NCBI GenBank assembly: GCA_973895155.1
Contig: OZ316898.1
Span: forward strand, 6,869,079-6,933,078
Reading direction: 5' to 3'
Source: Marsupella aquatica
Lineage: Eukaryota; Plantae; Marchantiophyta
Length of the DNA stretch: 64,000 bases
In this document: in pieces, positions 12,381 through 25,100 of the stretch
How the letters are laid out: each line of letters starts with the position of its first letter
Numbering within the stretch: position 1 is the stretch's first letter
Program-made: the position numbers and the translations under genes
The notes under the pieces: model-generated
Database searches by the model: none
What the model was told of the DNA's origin: nothing
What the model saw: only the letters and a program-made list of their open reading frames with translations

Positions 12381-13780
12381 AAGATAATGAGTTATTGCCT
12401 GTGACCTTAAAAACAGGGAGATAAAATAATAAAAAAGCCAAGTGAGCACTTTCCAATACATATCAAATGCCCAAGGGCAAAAAAAAGCTGAACCGGGAGA
12501 CATGAATGCCCACCCAGAGTCCCTAAATGTTCGTTTTTAATGGGGAAGCACAAGGTAGCATGTCGCATTGTCGCCAGACATTAAAAGCTTAAATATAGAA
12601 GTACTCGTGGCTGCATCGATATCTATGGTTATAGTTACTTAAAGCTCGGAAACTCAAAAGGGGATATCTCGCCAAAGTGCACCAGCACTGGAAAAGTGGA
12701 TGCGTTCAGACGGTCCTCATGTTCTCCAGATCTTGGCCTCGAGATTCGTACCATGATTTGCACAGTATCTTTACCGAACAAAGGAAAACCCTTTTAAAAT
12801 AAGAAAAGGCTCTTACACAAGAAAGTGCAGAAGGGGGCTGTGAGCACTTTATTGCCAAAAATTGGTTACCGTAAACTTTTTTTCTCTTCTATTAGCTAAG
12901 TTCACTATTTTTGGCGAAATTAATCAGGTTGAATTTTGTACACTAGCCAGTTTGTCACCTAACCACAGAATCTAATTGATATCTCAGGTCTGGGGAGATC
13001 TCATGGTCAGAAAGTAGTCTGGGAAAATTAGATTAAAACAATTTCTTGCGTCTTTTCCATAGCATTCGATGCCATTAGCCACCCTGACAAAACACAAAAA
13101 GCTTTAAAAATTACTGGCCACAAACCCAACTTTGGGCATGGGGAATTTATTTATTTATTTTCCCAAATAAATAAACAACTTTATTCATAGGCGAAAGCAA
13201 GGACAATAGTATATGTGCTATCCCCCAAAACCCATCCACGAAACCAGAGCCCAGCCTAGGGGAAGGAAGAAGCAAAACCAATGACTGCTAGAAGAAGGAG
13301 AGCTCAAAAGATAGAAAAAAAAGGGGGCGGGGGGAGGGGGGGATCACAGCCCTTCTATGGATCTAATGACACACACACTAAGTGCAAAATCAAACCGTCA
13401 AATTGAAGGGGTTGCCTGATGACGTGAACCGTTGGGCAACCACGAAGCACATTGCTGTACTTCTGAAGTGCAACAAACAGCTCCATTATGATTGAAGCTG
13501 CAAAACTCGGATCTGCAAACGGCTTTTACGAAAATCAGACTATTATGGTCCTTATCGAGTCACTATGATTATTGAATTTAATATTTTGTTATCAATAGTA
13601 TGAAGTGTTCAATCAAAATAGTTTATGTATACTAAAATGTAGGAACTATTATAATACAAACACCACGTAAAGCGAGATATATAGATTTTTAAAAGAAAAC
13701 GTTTTAATCATATGTATCATTTATCTTTGGCCAAAGTTCACTTTACAGAAGACAAGACCTGGCACGAGGCCACTTGAGCA

Positions 13781-13912
13781 CTTGGGGTGTGAAAGTTTAC
13801 AAGTCATAGTTGGACTGAAGTGGGTCCCTAGACTTTAGTCCTCGTGCCTCTTGGGGTGTGAAAGTTTACAAGTCTTAGGTGGACTGAACTTGTGGGTCCC
13901 TAGACTTTAGTC
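13781..13912. repeat. Tandem duplication, 2 x ~68 bp
   Basis: cttggggtgtgaaagtttacaagtc...gtgggtccctagactttagtc occurs twice. Confidence 0.9.
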
Positions 13913-15165
13913 TGCTTGAGTGTACTGTACCCTTATCTATTTTTAAATCACCTAGAGATGGTTTAAAAATATGATCAAGAGTACATACTAGTTGTTAGCT
14001 TGCATATTTAGTCAATTATTAAATTCATTATTATTTATCAAATTTCCAAATTATTCCCAGTGAAGCCTACTGATGGGGAGAACAAGGAGGCCAGAGAGGC
14101 CTTTAAGGAAAAAAGACGAACAAGGCCACCAAGAGAAACAGCAGCAGGGGCTCAGTTACCACTGGAAAACAGTGCACCATTCCAACTCTAACCAGTACCA
14201 AAACCTGCCTCTCATCACTCGCACAGCATACATGGTTGTAATTGTTGAATGATCTTCTTACATTGCCTTTGAATAGTCTTTCCTTACAGTGTTTCCAACC
14301 GTTACTGGGTTGGTCTATTGTAACACTGTGTTGACTAAACCCAATAAAGTTCAACAAAAAAAAGTAACCCCATGGGTTAATGTAACTTACTCTATATTTG
14401 TGGCCTTACTGGGTTTTTGGGTATTGGATCTGTATATGAATTGTTGTAGAGGGCACTGGCTAAATAGAGGATTCATCCCTTGCATTCCTAGGTTCTCCAA
14501 GATCTAATGATTAGTATTTGACTGTGCCTGTGTCAGGAGGTACTGATATCATCCTTGCTATACATTGGACACTAAGAAAAGACTACTCTTTAAGATGTAT
14601 CAAATGTATACAGGAAGCAAATAGTGTGCACCCTTGGAGATGCTCTTAGCCATTGATTTCTTTCTGATGTTTTGGCTTTGGTATCCAGTGGATTATTATG
14701 GGAAAAGAGTACTAGTACAAGTGCACGTTTTTTCTTGTAAAGTGATCCAAAGAGAGCTGGGTATCCGTCATGGCCAAATCTCTACCATGTCGCCACACAG
14801 GTTGGGGGGATCCTTTTACATGATTGGGTGGTGGGCCTCATTGAAAAGGCCCATAAAATAAATGGTGGAGTAATTAATGAAAAATATGTGGTAGGGAGCA
14901 GTTTTGAGAGGAGGGATATGAGTGCTTTATTAAAATATTAAAGGGACAAAATGAAATCCAAAGTCACTGAAAATATTACAGAGTACACCCTAATGGGGCA
15001 TATGTGAAGTTTATTAAGTGTGATATAAAAACCATCAGTTGTCTCGAGCATGATCTACCATGATCTAGCAATACCTTAGCAACAAGCTAGGTTTATGGTT
15101 CCCACCATTGATTAAGCACCCCAATGACCTACAAACAGATTTTTCGGCAAATGAAGCTTAAAAAT

Positions 15166-15297
15166 GCCCAGAGAGACATGACTTTGTGGTAGCTCACTTG
15201 AGTAGAGGCTGATGGGTCTTGGGTTCAACTATTGTGGTTGACTCTTCCCTTTCTGTGGGGTTCACAGATTTCCCCTTTAAAAAATAAAAAATAAAAA
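15166..15297 (+). mobile_element. tRNA-derived SINE, copy 1
   Basis: A-box-like TAGCTCACTTGAGTAGAG, B-box-like GGGTTCAACT and an A-rich tail. Homologous copies at 27852, 41274 and 54592. Confidence 0.7.
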
Positions 15298-15780
15298 TGC
15301 CAAGAGGAAACTAGTACTGATAGAAAGTTTTTCAATGAAAAGCACACATCTAAACAATATACCTTCGAAACCAAATTTAAAGGAAAGGTTTGTTTTGAAC
15401 TGAGGCTGAAAGCTATTCTTCCCAGGCCAAAGCATAATAACCGCTGTCCCACCAATACTTCACTTACCCAAATTTGGAATTTAGACTTTGGGTGTTAACT
15501 TTCCCCTTGATTGGTAATCAACTTGCTTGGTTATACAATATATTGTGGTTGAGAGGTTTCCTTGTGAATGACCTTAAGAATAGCAAGTGAGCTGGACAAC
15601 AATCACAGACACTATTGGCAATAGGGTGGGAAATTTATTAAAGAAAAATTACCATAAGTAACAGGGGGAACTCAGGTAGTCCTTGAGGAACCTAAAAATC
15701 AGGCAGTTAGTAGACTCACTTTACATGGGCAAAGAATGAGAGGGCACATTTCAATACCTGAATGGTCCAAAGGCCCACTC

Positions 15781-16047
15781 GGGGGCCTCAATCCAAGGGG
15801 TGTCCCATATCACGCGTGAAGTTTTGGGGGAACAAACACCCTAAAACTTAAGTCAATAAATTTTTTTAAGAAATTTTTTACCCCTAACTTAATGGAATAT
15901 TCCAAAATTTTATTTTAAAAACCCTATGATTCTTATAATTCTCAAAATTAGATAATGTTCTTCAACAAAAATTTAAAGTATTTCACTGAACCCAATAAAA
16001 ACCCTATACTTATTCGCTAGTGATGGGTTGGAAGAAAAGAAGTGAGG
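15781..16047. repeat. Right arm of the ~290-bp inverted repeat (partner at 12087-12380)
   Basis: gggggcctcaatccaaggggtgtcccatatcac...tttcactgaacccaataaaaaccctata...agtgatggg...aaagaagtgagga. Confidence 0.8.
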
Positions 16048-17444
16048 AAGAAAGAAAGTGATTTGCAACCAAAAGCCGTCGAGTATGCAGTTTATTACTG
16101 TCCTGAAAGAATTAAAGTGGATCAAGAGAACACTGTCTTTAAAAGACAACCTCAGAGGTGGTCTAATCTTTGGCAAAAACTATGCTGCCAGCACATCAGC
16201 ATATTTGGGGACCCATTGTAGTCCATGTAGGATTGGGAGAAGAACATTACAAGTGTCCTCTCAACTTCATGTAAAACCAACAGGCACTTTGATATGAACA
16301 GTTGTATGACATCTGAAAGAAAAAATTTGGAAGTGTTCTCTCTATTGTTTTCAGCTTGTTCTAACTTGTAAACTTGCCTTAGTACGGAGACTGTGAATCA
16401 TGAGCAGGACATCTTTGGGAAAATTAGAGAGACAGTTGATGGCATCTTAGCTTGGTCAACTTGGTGAAGAGTTCAAACTTGAGGCACGGGGGGCATCAAA
16501 CCAATGCATAATCAAAGACGCCTCCAAGATAAGGTATTTGTGTGCAGCAAACCATGAGTTAGAACATATTTGTTTGTGTTCTGCCAATAAGGTAGGTGTT
16601 CATTGAGCATAACTTGCAGCTAGAGAACCAATTCAAGCACACAAAGGGGAGTTAGATGAATTGCTGGTCAGCATAATTGCAAGCTTTGAAAGATACAAGG
16701 TTCAAGAGTATTCATGATGAATGATGGATTTGTTTGATGGTAATGACAAGTGAGGGTGCTTAGAATGGGATCTTGTGGATGTCAAGCTAGTCTTTTTTGG
16801 ACTTTCTTGCGGGCTTTCTTGTAGTTGGTGATTTAGTAGGAGCTTGAATCTAGTTATTCTATTTTCTCCGACACCATCATACTTTTATCACACCCCGTTT
16901 CCCTAAATTACCACCTTCTTGTCAAATATGATCACTTGCCACCTTTTCTAGATTAATTAGTTGGGGAATGCTACACTGCCATTTGTCAGTCATGGTTTAA
17001 GTGACTTAGCCCTGGTTACTGCAAAAGACAGTCCTACAACCTGACCTGAGATAACCACATCAGATAATCTGACAGATTCCAACTTCTTTCTGTAACCCAT
17101 ACAGAGGGCAAAGCCATGCCCTAGCATACCTCTAGTGAGGGTGTGTGAATCGGACCCAACTAGACTGGAAACCAGATAACCATTGGTAATCCATGTAGCT
17201 CATAAAAAAAAGCGATGTTGAAATAACACATCCAAAAAGGATAGAGAATAGTGGTATTTTACTAAAAAGATGTGGCAATTTAGTAAAACCCAGGGTATAG
17301 CTGTGGGGGCAGGCGCGGTTACAGGGTGCATGCTTTTTTCCCCTCCGTCGTGGCCTCCCGGCCGTCCCGTCCTGTCCCATCCTTTCCAGTACTATCCCCT
17401 CCCTCTCCTTTCTCTCCTCCGTCTCCCGCTCACCCTCCCTCGCG

Positions 17445-18270
17445 TTATCATTGCCAAAAAGTGTGTCACTCATTGAGAAAATGTTGCCACTATAGAAATT
17501 CGTACTATCAAACAATGTAGAAGTCAACAAAGAAATAGGGGATGGAACACACAAAAGGGTACGCAGAGAGTCAAAGTTAGAAAAAGGGTTAGGCAAGCCC
17601 TAAGGTGAGAGCTAGGGCGGGATAATATAGACATATGACATGTAGAGTGTTGGGCAACAAAGAAACCAAGCAAGCCCCCTAATGGCTTCTCTCTCCCATT
17701 GGTCCGATAATCTTCTCCCCTTAGTTTGGGGAATCCAACATTTGGTCACCAAAAATGTCACACAAATTAGATGACCTTTATTTTATCACATCCTTAATTT
17801 TCTCCCTTACCCATTTTTTCTTTGTCTTTTTCATTCCTCCTTGATTTTTCCTTTTCCTTCCCCACCCCCCACATGACTTGGAGAGGGCTTACGGTGTTGG
17901 ACAGGCCTGTGGAGTAGTTGGGCATCAAGAGTTGAGGAGTCAGGGTCGGCAGAAGGAGAGCAGAAGGGTGGAAGAAAAGGGGAACATATGTAGGGTGGGG
18001 TCAGATGACTATGGAGTGAGTTGTGGGGGGAGGCATGGGCAGTTGGATTTGCCTTACATTTGGCCAGTGTGGAGAGGGCCGCAAATGGAAGGCAAGAGGC
18101 GGGAAGGACATGAAAGGAATCCAAACCCAAATTTAATAGGATAATTAATAAATTGAGAGGTGTATCCAATCCTGATGGGAGATTGGCAAGTCTCAAAGGG
18201 GCCCTGATAAATAATGGCCTTGCACCCATACATGCCACCACCAACCCAACAGTACTCACACCTACTCAAA
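17445..18270 (-). mobile_element. Highly degenerate CRE-like retrotransposon remnant
   Basis: Minus-strand VGGGMYGCKAIIYQG resembles QFAVGVPGGCETVIAG of the intact RT. The T-rich tail ends in TTTGGCAATGATA, similar to tails at ~7600 and ~27710. Confidence 0.3.
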
Positions 18271-21257
18271 CACCTTAATTGACTTTCCTATTTAAAAAAA
18301 CGTTGCCCCTCCCTTCCACCAAAAAATTAAAATTAAAAGAAATAAAAACCTTCTAAAGAAAGAGAAAAACTATCAATAAATGAGAAACTATTTTCTGGCT
18401 CTTGGTTCCCTCTCCCTGGGGTTCTCCCAATAATGATTGAGTGGAGGTTGTAACTTGTACCTCTTTATAAGTGTACTCATGTCAGTTAAATTAGATGCAA
18501 TGCAGATATCATAGATTCTTTATTCATGTATCTATGCGCATGGTTTATAGGTTATCCTAACTTTAGATAATCTCATGGTTCTCAAAAGTGAGAGAATAAA
18601 TTTAAAGGTGGGCACGAGTTCTCACCAAAAGCTAATTTGTAAGAGAGGATGACTTCTTTTGGCAAGATTCTATATTATAGATGTAGATGCTAAGAATAAA
18701 ACTTCAAAAAAAAAAAGTATAACACATTTGAAAATTTGCAGTCAAAGTGCAGCACCGTTTGGAAATTTCCCTTTGGGACAAATTGAAACTAAATCCCTCC
18801 GGTGGGGGCCCTTTTTCCTCTAAAGAATTAAAACGCCAATGTTAACTTTTAGAGTGTTTTACAGCACCTTGGGGCCACTTGTGACTGTTTTTCACAAAAG
18901 CAAATTGAGTGTCTTCGTTCTAACATTAAAAAAATTCATCTTCAGCATTTCCTTGGCCCCATTGTTTGCCATGTAGGACCCACACAACATACCCAATGGG
19001 CCCTAGTTCTTGCAAAGTCAACTTCTTATTAAAGCGTGAATATAAAGAAAAACTCACCAGCTATGTTTTTAATGACAAGCAATAGCTAGATGCCTACATT
19101 ACACTTTGGAGAAAATTTGGTTGTTTTTCCTTCTATTAGTCAATTTTCAATTTCTCACTAAGCCACACGCCCACCAGCCAAAATTTAAGTATTAATTCTA
19201 GAAATATATATCTTAAATCTAGGGAGATCTAAAGGTCCAAAATTAATCTAATAGAATCAGATAAAAAATATTAACATATTCTTCTTTACACATGTGATAT
19301 ATCCTTCTTGACACTTTTATCTTTTTATTGGTCATTTCTTAGGTTTATAGTTGCTTTTCTTTTGTTAGGTTAGGTGTTTATAGGGTTTGGAATGTTTTTT
19401 CTTTCTTTCAATGTACTTTGTTTTTTCCTGATTTATAAATTCGGATGCGACTTTTCATTAAAACATTAAAAATTGAGGTGGCGCGAAAGTCGGGTTAGTT
19501 GGCTCTTTTGTTGCTTCCGCTTGAGTGGGCCTAGTGGGATCATGTATCCCGCTCAAGGCCCCCGTATTTTTTACCGTTTGATATATTTATATAGTGTTTT
19601 TTGAAGACACCCTTAAAATTCATTTTCAATACAAAAATGTTCGGACGTCAATCGAGGACCGACAAAGGGACGCGTGCACAAGTACCATTCCTGCACCATT
19701 CGGCTGATCTCCAGTCGCACGATGCCGTAGGCCCGTCAGCTCATGCGCCATCTGCGGCGGTGAGGCGGTCCTCGTGAGACCGATTCCGGCGTCCTACGTC
19801 TGGGCAACTCAACTTTAACGATCAGTGTCGATTTCTCATCGACGGCTAGAACTTTCTCCCAGGGCTACGCGCGCGACTGACGACGTTGGATCAACGGGAC
19901 CTGCTTTCCGCCGGGTCTGGCGCCGGTCCTCCGGGTGGTGATAATAATGGTGACGGACGAGATTAGACTTCCAGTCTGCTCTGATTCACAATTCATGAAG
20001 AGTATGAAAGTGGTGAACAAAAGGCGAAGAGTATGAAATCCAATTGACAATGCTGCATGCCTGCATAGGATTTCTCACTTCGAAGAGACTCATTGACAAA
20101 GCTGCGAAGATTTTCTGCTCGCCTTCAATGCACTGACGGACGACAGACTCTCGTAGCTCTGAGATGAGCTCTGCGGAGCAATCAGGGGCTGGCGTCTGCG
20201 TCCGGCCCCCACCCTGAGGAGATGCCTGTGCAGTGAATCTGCTCATTATGGTGCCAAGTTTACAGCTCACACTTCACGAAATTGGATTTAAGTGGAGTGA
20301 TCTGAACACTGAAGAATTTCGAATTGTGTGCAGAATCGCCATCTACAGCGGTCTGGCATCATCATTCTCCTGCTGGACCTGAAGATTGCTTTGCTGCAAA
20401 TTACAACTATCCTGGGGTGTCGGGTTCTTCACCACAGTACTTTATAACGGCTGCGCCAATTGGGATCCACCCAGCCTTACATTGCCAGAACATGAGCGGG
20501 ATCATCCTAGAACTGTGTCCTACATTCTGCAGGACTACTGCGGAGGACAAATTTTTGCCAGATCTGACTCCAATTTCATGGGTGACGCCCTAGCCATGCT
20601 CATCTGTTCCTGCCAAAGCGGCAATGGAATCCACCACAAGTGGAGGTATCATGATTGCAATTATGCAGTCAGAATTATGTAATCTAACTTGAATTGGATT
20701 TCATGAACCTCGCCAAGTGGCCGTGTTCACTCAATGATATTGGAGAAATTGATGAATCCAAAAAGCCGGAAGCGGACCCAACAGGTGTATTCTGTTGACC
20801 TTTTAGATGAGCTGAAATGTCTGGAGCGCAGGTTTCACGGCACGTTGTGAGGAGCCACAGGTAAACGGCGCCGAATTGTCCACCTACTTGATATGTCTGG
20901 GTCCCCAGGCTCTGCAAGCTACTCGTGTAGCTGATGAGCTGCAAAGCCTGCTACCTCCGGGTCCGTTCACTCCCGGATTGCTTGTCCGGACGCTGAGGTT
21001 GGCATTGGGCCTCGGCTGGCTGTGTGACGATGACAAGCATACTTATTCATCGGTGTGCGGGTCAATGCGATGGCAATGGATGCTGGCCAAGGTTGGCGGA
21101 TGAGGCCGTGGGAGATAACGACTTCCATCAATCTCCAACAGCCACAGCTAGCCCCGCGCGGCGGCATCTACCCGAGCAGATTGCATCAGATCGTCCACCC
21201 CTCGGTCTCCTGCATTCAATTTGGCATATCCGAAGCCGCGGAATCGTTAACTTCGTG

Positions 21258-22184
21258 ATGATCGATGGGGCGTTTGTGGCGCGCTTGTGGAAGAGCATCC
21301 AATCCGCGGTGCAAGAATTCAAAATCTCGAGGATGCAAAAGAGGAGCGACGCGAGGTTTCGGGTAGTTGAGGTGATTAAGTGTGAGCGCCGCCATTTCTC
21401 GCCTTCGGGTTCTCGAGATCCACTCGCCGCACGCTCTAATCTTTTAAAGCGGTCCGTTCGCCGGAGAGCTGAACAAGCTGCTGCTATCGTTGCGTGTCCC
21501 TTATGGGCCAAGATTGCAAATGCGAGCTGCGGACTCAATTCATCACGACGAGCTGAAGAAGCCAACGACGACGACGAGACAGGAGAAGATAGTGTGACCT
21601 CTGAAAGTGCACCGATTAACTGGACCAATTGGAAGGACATAGAAATCGAGAATTTCTCTCCGCGAGCTGAAATTGCGGCCTTCTCGTCGTCGAAGAGTAT
21701 GGAGGAATTCGGGAGTCTGAAATGGGAGGAGGGCTTTCTCACCACCAGCGCCAGCACCAAACCTGCACTTACACCTGCAGAAAGCAGCTCTGAAACGAGT
21801 CGGCGGTGGGAGAATCGGTACCGAGTAAGCAACAAGTCTCCGCAGCTTCTGCAGCCCGTGCGAGGGAAGCTCACGACGCTCTCCTGTCTTTTGAGGACGA
21901 TGAGCTCCCGGTATGCTCGGAGGACTGGGAAGCTGACGTCGGTGAATGACAAGTTCAACGACTGTAGCAGCAACAGGAGGCCTGTGCTCACGCAATCGCA
22001 ATCTGCTGCACCATGGCCAATGCAGTCTCAGCAGTTGCAGCATCAGCACAGGTCAAATTCGATCTCTAGAATTGGCGACAACGTCCCTGCGAAGCGATAT
22101 GATAACCCGTTCCAAGATTTCCTGAGGCAGTCGTTGGCAGAGAAGCATCCGAGATCCGTGCATGGAACCGATTATCAACGGTAG
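21258..22184 (+). CDS. Hypothetical protein (308 aa from ATG 21258; frame open from 21024), Ser-rich, no recognised domain
   Basis: Uninterrupted 386-codon GC-rich ORF in an AT-rich background. A possible splice donor (G/GTAGG) overlaps the stop, so further exons are possible. Confidence 0.5.
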   Translation: MIDGAFVARLWKSIQSAVQEFKISRMQKRSDARFRVVEVIKCERRHFSPSGSRDPLAARSNLLKRSVRRRAEQAAAIVACPLWAKIANASCGLNSSRRAEEANDDDETGEDSVTSESAPINWTNWKDIEIENFSPRAEIAAFSSSKSMEEFGSLKWEEGFLTTSASTKPALTPAESSSETSRRWENRYRVSNKSPQLLQPVRGKLTTLSCLLRTMSSRYARRTGKLTSVNDKFNDCSSNRRPVLTQSQSAAPWPMQSQQLQHQHRSNSISRIGDNVPAKRYDNPFQDFLRQSLAEKHPRSVHGTDYQR

Positions 22185-25100
22185 GACGAATCGACGAATT
22201 CTTGAGGTTTATGCTGCCCTTGAGAGCTATAGTACATTGCATGGGCACCATGATAAGATTTTATTGACAGATCTATTGACAGTAGTAAAGCCCAACTCAG
22301 CTTGCAAGCATTAAGAAGCTGGAATAAGAGGTACCTGATGGATGTGCGCTCACTCGTAGAGCTATGTGCAATCCAATGCTGGGCTACAGTCAGTTTGTGA
22401 CTCGGATTAGTGGACCGTTAGGCCTATGAAATTCTCCATATGCGAGCATGTGGGCCAGTACCAGGAGAATCTGAAGACAGGCGGCACGGGATGATCGTTC
22501 TTGGTCTGTGGCTGGGAGGGGCGAGCTGATTTCGAAGGCGTCAGCTTGTGTGATAACGGTGAGTGTTTCGCCATTCCTGTTGCGTGCTTGCCTTCGGCCA
22601 AGTAGAGAGGTTGTAGGGCGTGAATCTCGTCTCCGTTCCGTTTCCATGAGATCGAAGAACGGCGTCGAGCCCCGGTCCCTGGCTTGCTGAACGTGCTTGT
22701 TGCGAGAGTAACGCAACTTTTGATTTACTGCTTCACTGCATGAATGCGGTTTCTTGAGCATTAGTAAGGAACGACTTGGGAATATCAGAAAAGTATGGTC
22801 TATCTTGAGGGTTAGCTCCCTGGCTAGGAGTGAGGTTATGAGTGCCCTGGAGAGTCTGGATATTGGCAATTCGATTGTCAGAGCGTTCTCCTTCTCTGGC
22901 CTTCAAGACTTAGATCGAGCGGATTTCGAAAATGAAGAGTCCATCATCATTATTTGGGATAGTCAACTCGTTTTGGAGGAATGGATACAGAGAAATTTGA
23001 GTATCTGTAGCCCGTATTCGTGATTTTCTTTCAAACAGGCTTTCGAGATAGGAAAGAGGGTTAGAAATATCGTAGACGCGCTGTAGCATTCTGTTCCTGC
23101 AGTTTTAGTTGACTACTGTAGCATATAGTCTAATCCCGAGTGAGTTAAGATTTTTGGGGCTGCGATGAAGAGGATCGAAAGTTTGACTTATACAATTGTT
23201 GAATTAATGTGGCAGGTGGTGCTCCTCTACATAGTTGTCACGACTTATCAGAGGCGTAGAGAGGAATCCTCGTCGAACACATTCTTGATCGTAGTTATTC
23301 TATCGCGACAGGATGTCTTGATGGGAATAAAAGCTCGGAAATGATCGATGTAGCGAATGTTCAGTAGCAGGTGGGCAACCATTGGATCCAATCTCCAGGA
23401 TGCGAGCACATTGCTTGGTCCGAATTGTCTGTGCTAAAGCGCTATGTGTTCCATCATCCACCAAAGCTTTGCACCCGCCTATGCTTATTCCCGAACCTCA
23501 ATTCAGAGGATACCTCTGTATTCTGCACCATGTAATTACAACCGTCACAACGAGGGACGACGACATCAACTTAACCACCGTATTTCAGGTTAAATGGTGG
23601 CAAAGCATTAGTCTCGTAACTAGCAGCGTAGCTGTATGGTAGAGTTGAGGAGAGCAGAGTATCTGTTCCTTCCTAGTGTGATGCGTTCCCAAATGTGCAA
23701 TGATTGGACGTGTGTGATCGCTGGCCTATATCATAGGCTGAAGTCTCCCCTGCCCATTCCAATTGTGGGCAGGCTGCAGTTGCAGTAAGTCGGGATTATG
23801 ATAATATTTTTCCTTTTCCTCTTTTAAGTTGGTTCCGTTTCCCCTTGGTCAGTTGTTTTGGATGGATTCAACCTGGCTTACTTTTCCCGATGTATTGGCA
23901 TTCGTGCTCAAGATTTTAACCGAGGTTGATTGTTTCTTCCAACAGTAGTCGGGAGGACCATAGATAATTCCGCGCCATCGATCCGAGGGAAGAAAGAACG
24001 AGAAACTACAGAGAATCCAACGTTCGCAACATCTGACTGAAGTGCTTCTCCACCATTTCTTTGATAGAGACTGACATCATTCACGACATGGCATGACTGA
24101 AGAAAAATGGCTCTGGTGTAAATTCCTTTGTGATTCGACTTTCCAGTTCTGAAGATCAAGGAATTTGTTTAAATTTTATTTTTTTTCTTGCGGGCTTTTC
24201 CTTTTTTTCTTGCAGGCTTTTCCTTTTTTTCTTGCTGGCTTTTCCTTCATATTTTGTCGAAGCCCTGAGAGCGGTGTTAGCGTTTCTTTCAGCCTGATAG
24301 AAGCATTTTCCATGCTGATTACTGTCCATCCCTGGAGTGCGGATGGACAGGGTCCAAAACAAATCAAGGTTTCTCTCGATAGCCGACTTGGTATAACAAT
24401 ATTCCTGACACGAAGGACACGTATGACGCGAAATAGTTTTTCCTTCGTCATGCTATGAAACGAATCTTCCTGCTGTCCGCAGGCTAAGCTCTGTTGGGAA
24501 CTACCGGTTGTCTGTTAAATTCGGACGGAGTACAGTTTCTACGGATCTGTCCCTGCTCTCGACCGGACATCGCCGAACATGAGCATAGTTATCCGCTCGC
24601 TAGCGGTATTCGTACCAATATGACCTCAGCAGTCTTTTGCTGAATCGCTTGGAGGTGGACCCATGACTGACTAACTGAAGGCCTCTACAAAGCAATCCGT
24701 AGGAGTGGAGAAAAGTTGACTAGAGGTATTTTATTTCGTACTGGAGTAGTTTATGTGACGACAGCTTTGAACTAGTTTAAATGTGGGGTCACCAGGAGAA
24801 CTGCAGGGAAAGCCACTGAACTGTCTTGTGGAAGATCGGATGTAGTATGGAAATTGTGACACTTAACACAAGACTGGATTAACGGCAAGTACACATTCTT
24901 AAACAAATGAACTTGATTGAAGAAATTCTGGTGAGGAGTTGTGATCCCAACATTTCTCACATCACAATCGAACATAAAACAAACATTGCATTACTCTCGA
25001 ATGAACATCCAAAACAGTAGCGTTACATTCGACCTCCATAGTTTTTCACTTACCAGTTTACGGGGTGTGATGCAAGGTACCGGAAAGTTGTGTAGGGCAG

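Noticed and set aside
15185-15245. Functional tRNA gene
   Set aside because: A/B-box-like motifs are present but there is no complete cloverleaf; multiple diverged copies with A-rich tails fit a SINE.
22390-24460. Minus-strand ORFs of 159, 83 and 91 aa
   Set aside because: No domain motifs or consistent splice pattern; some are driven by low-complexity T-rich repeats.
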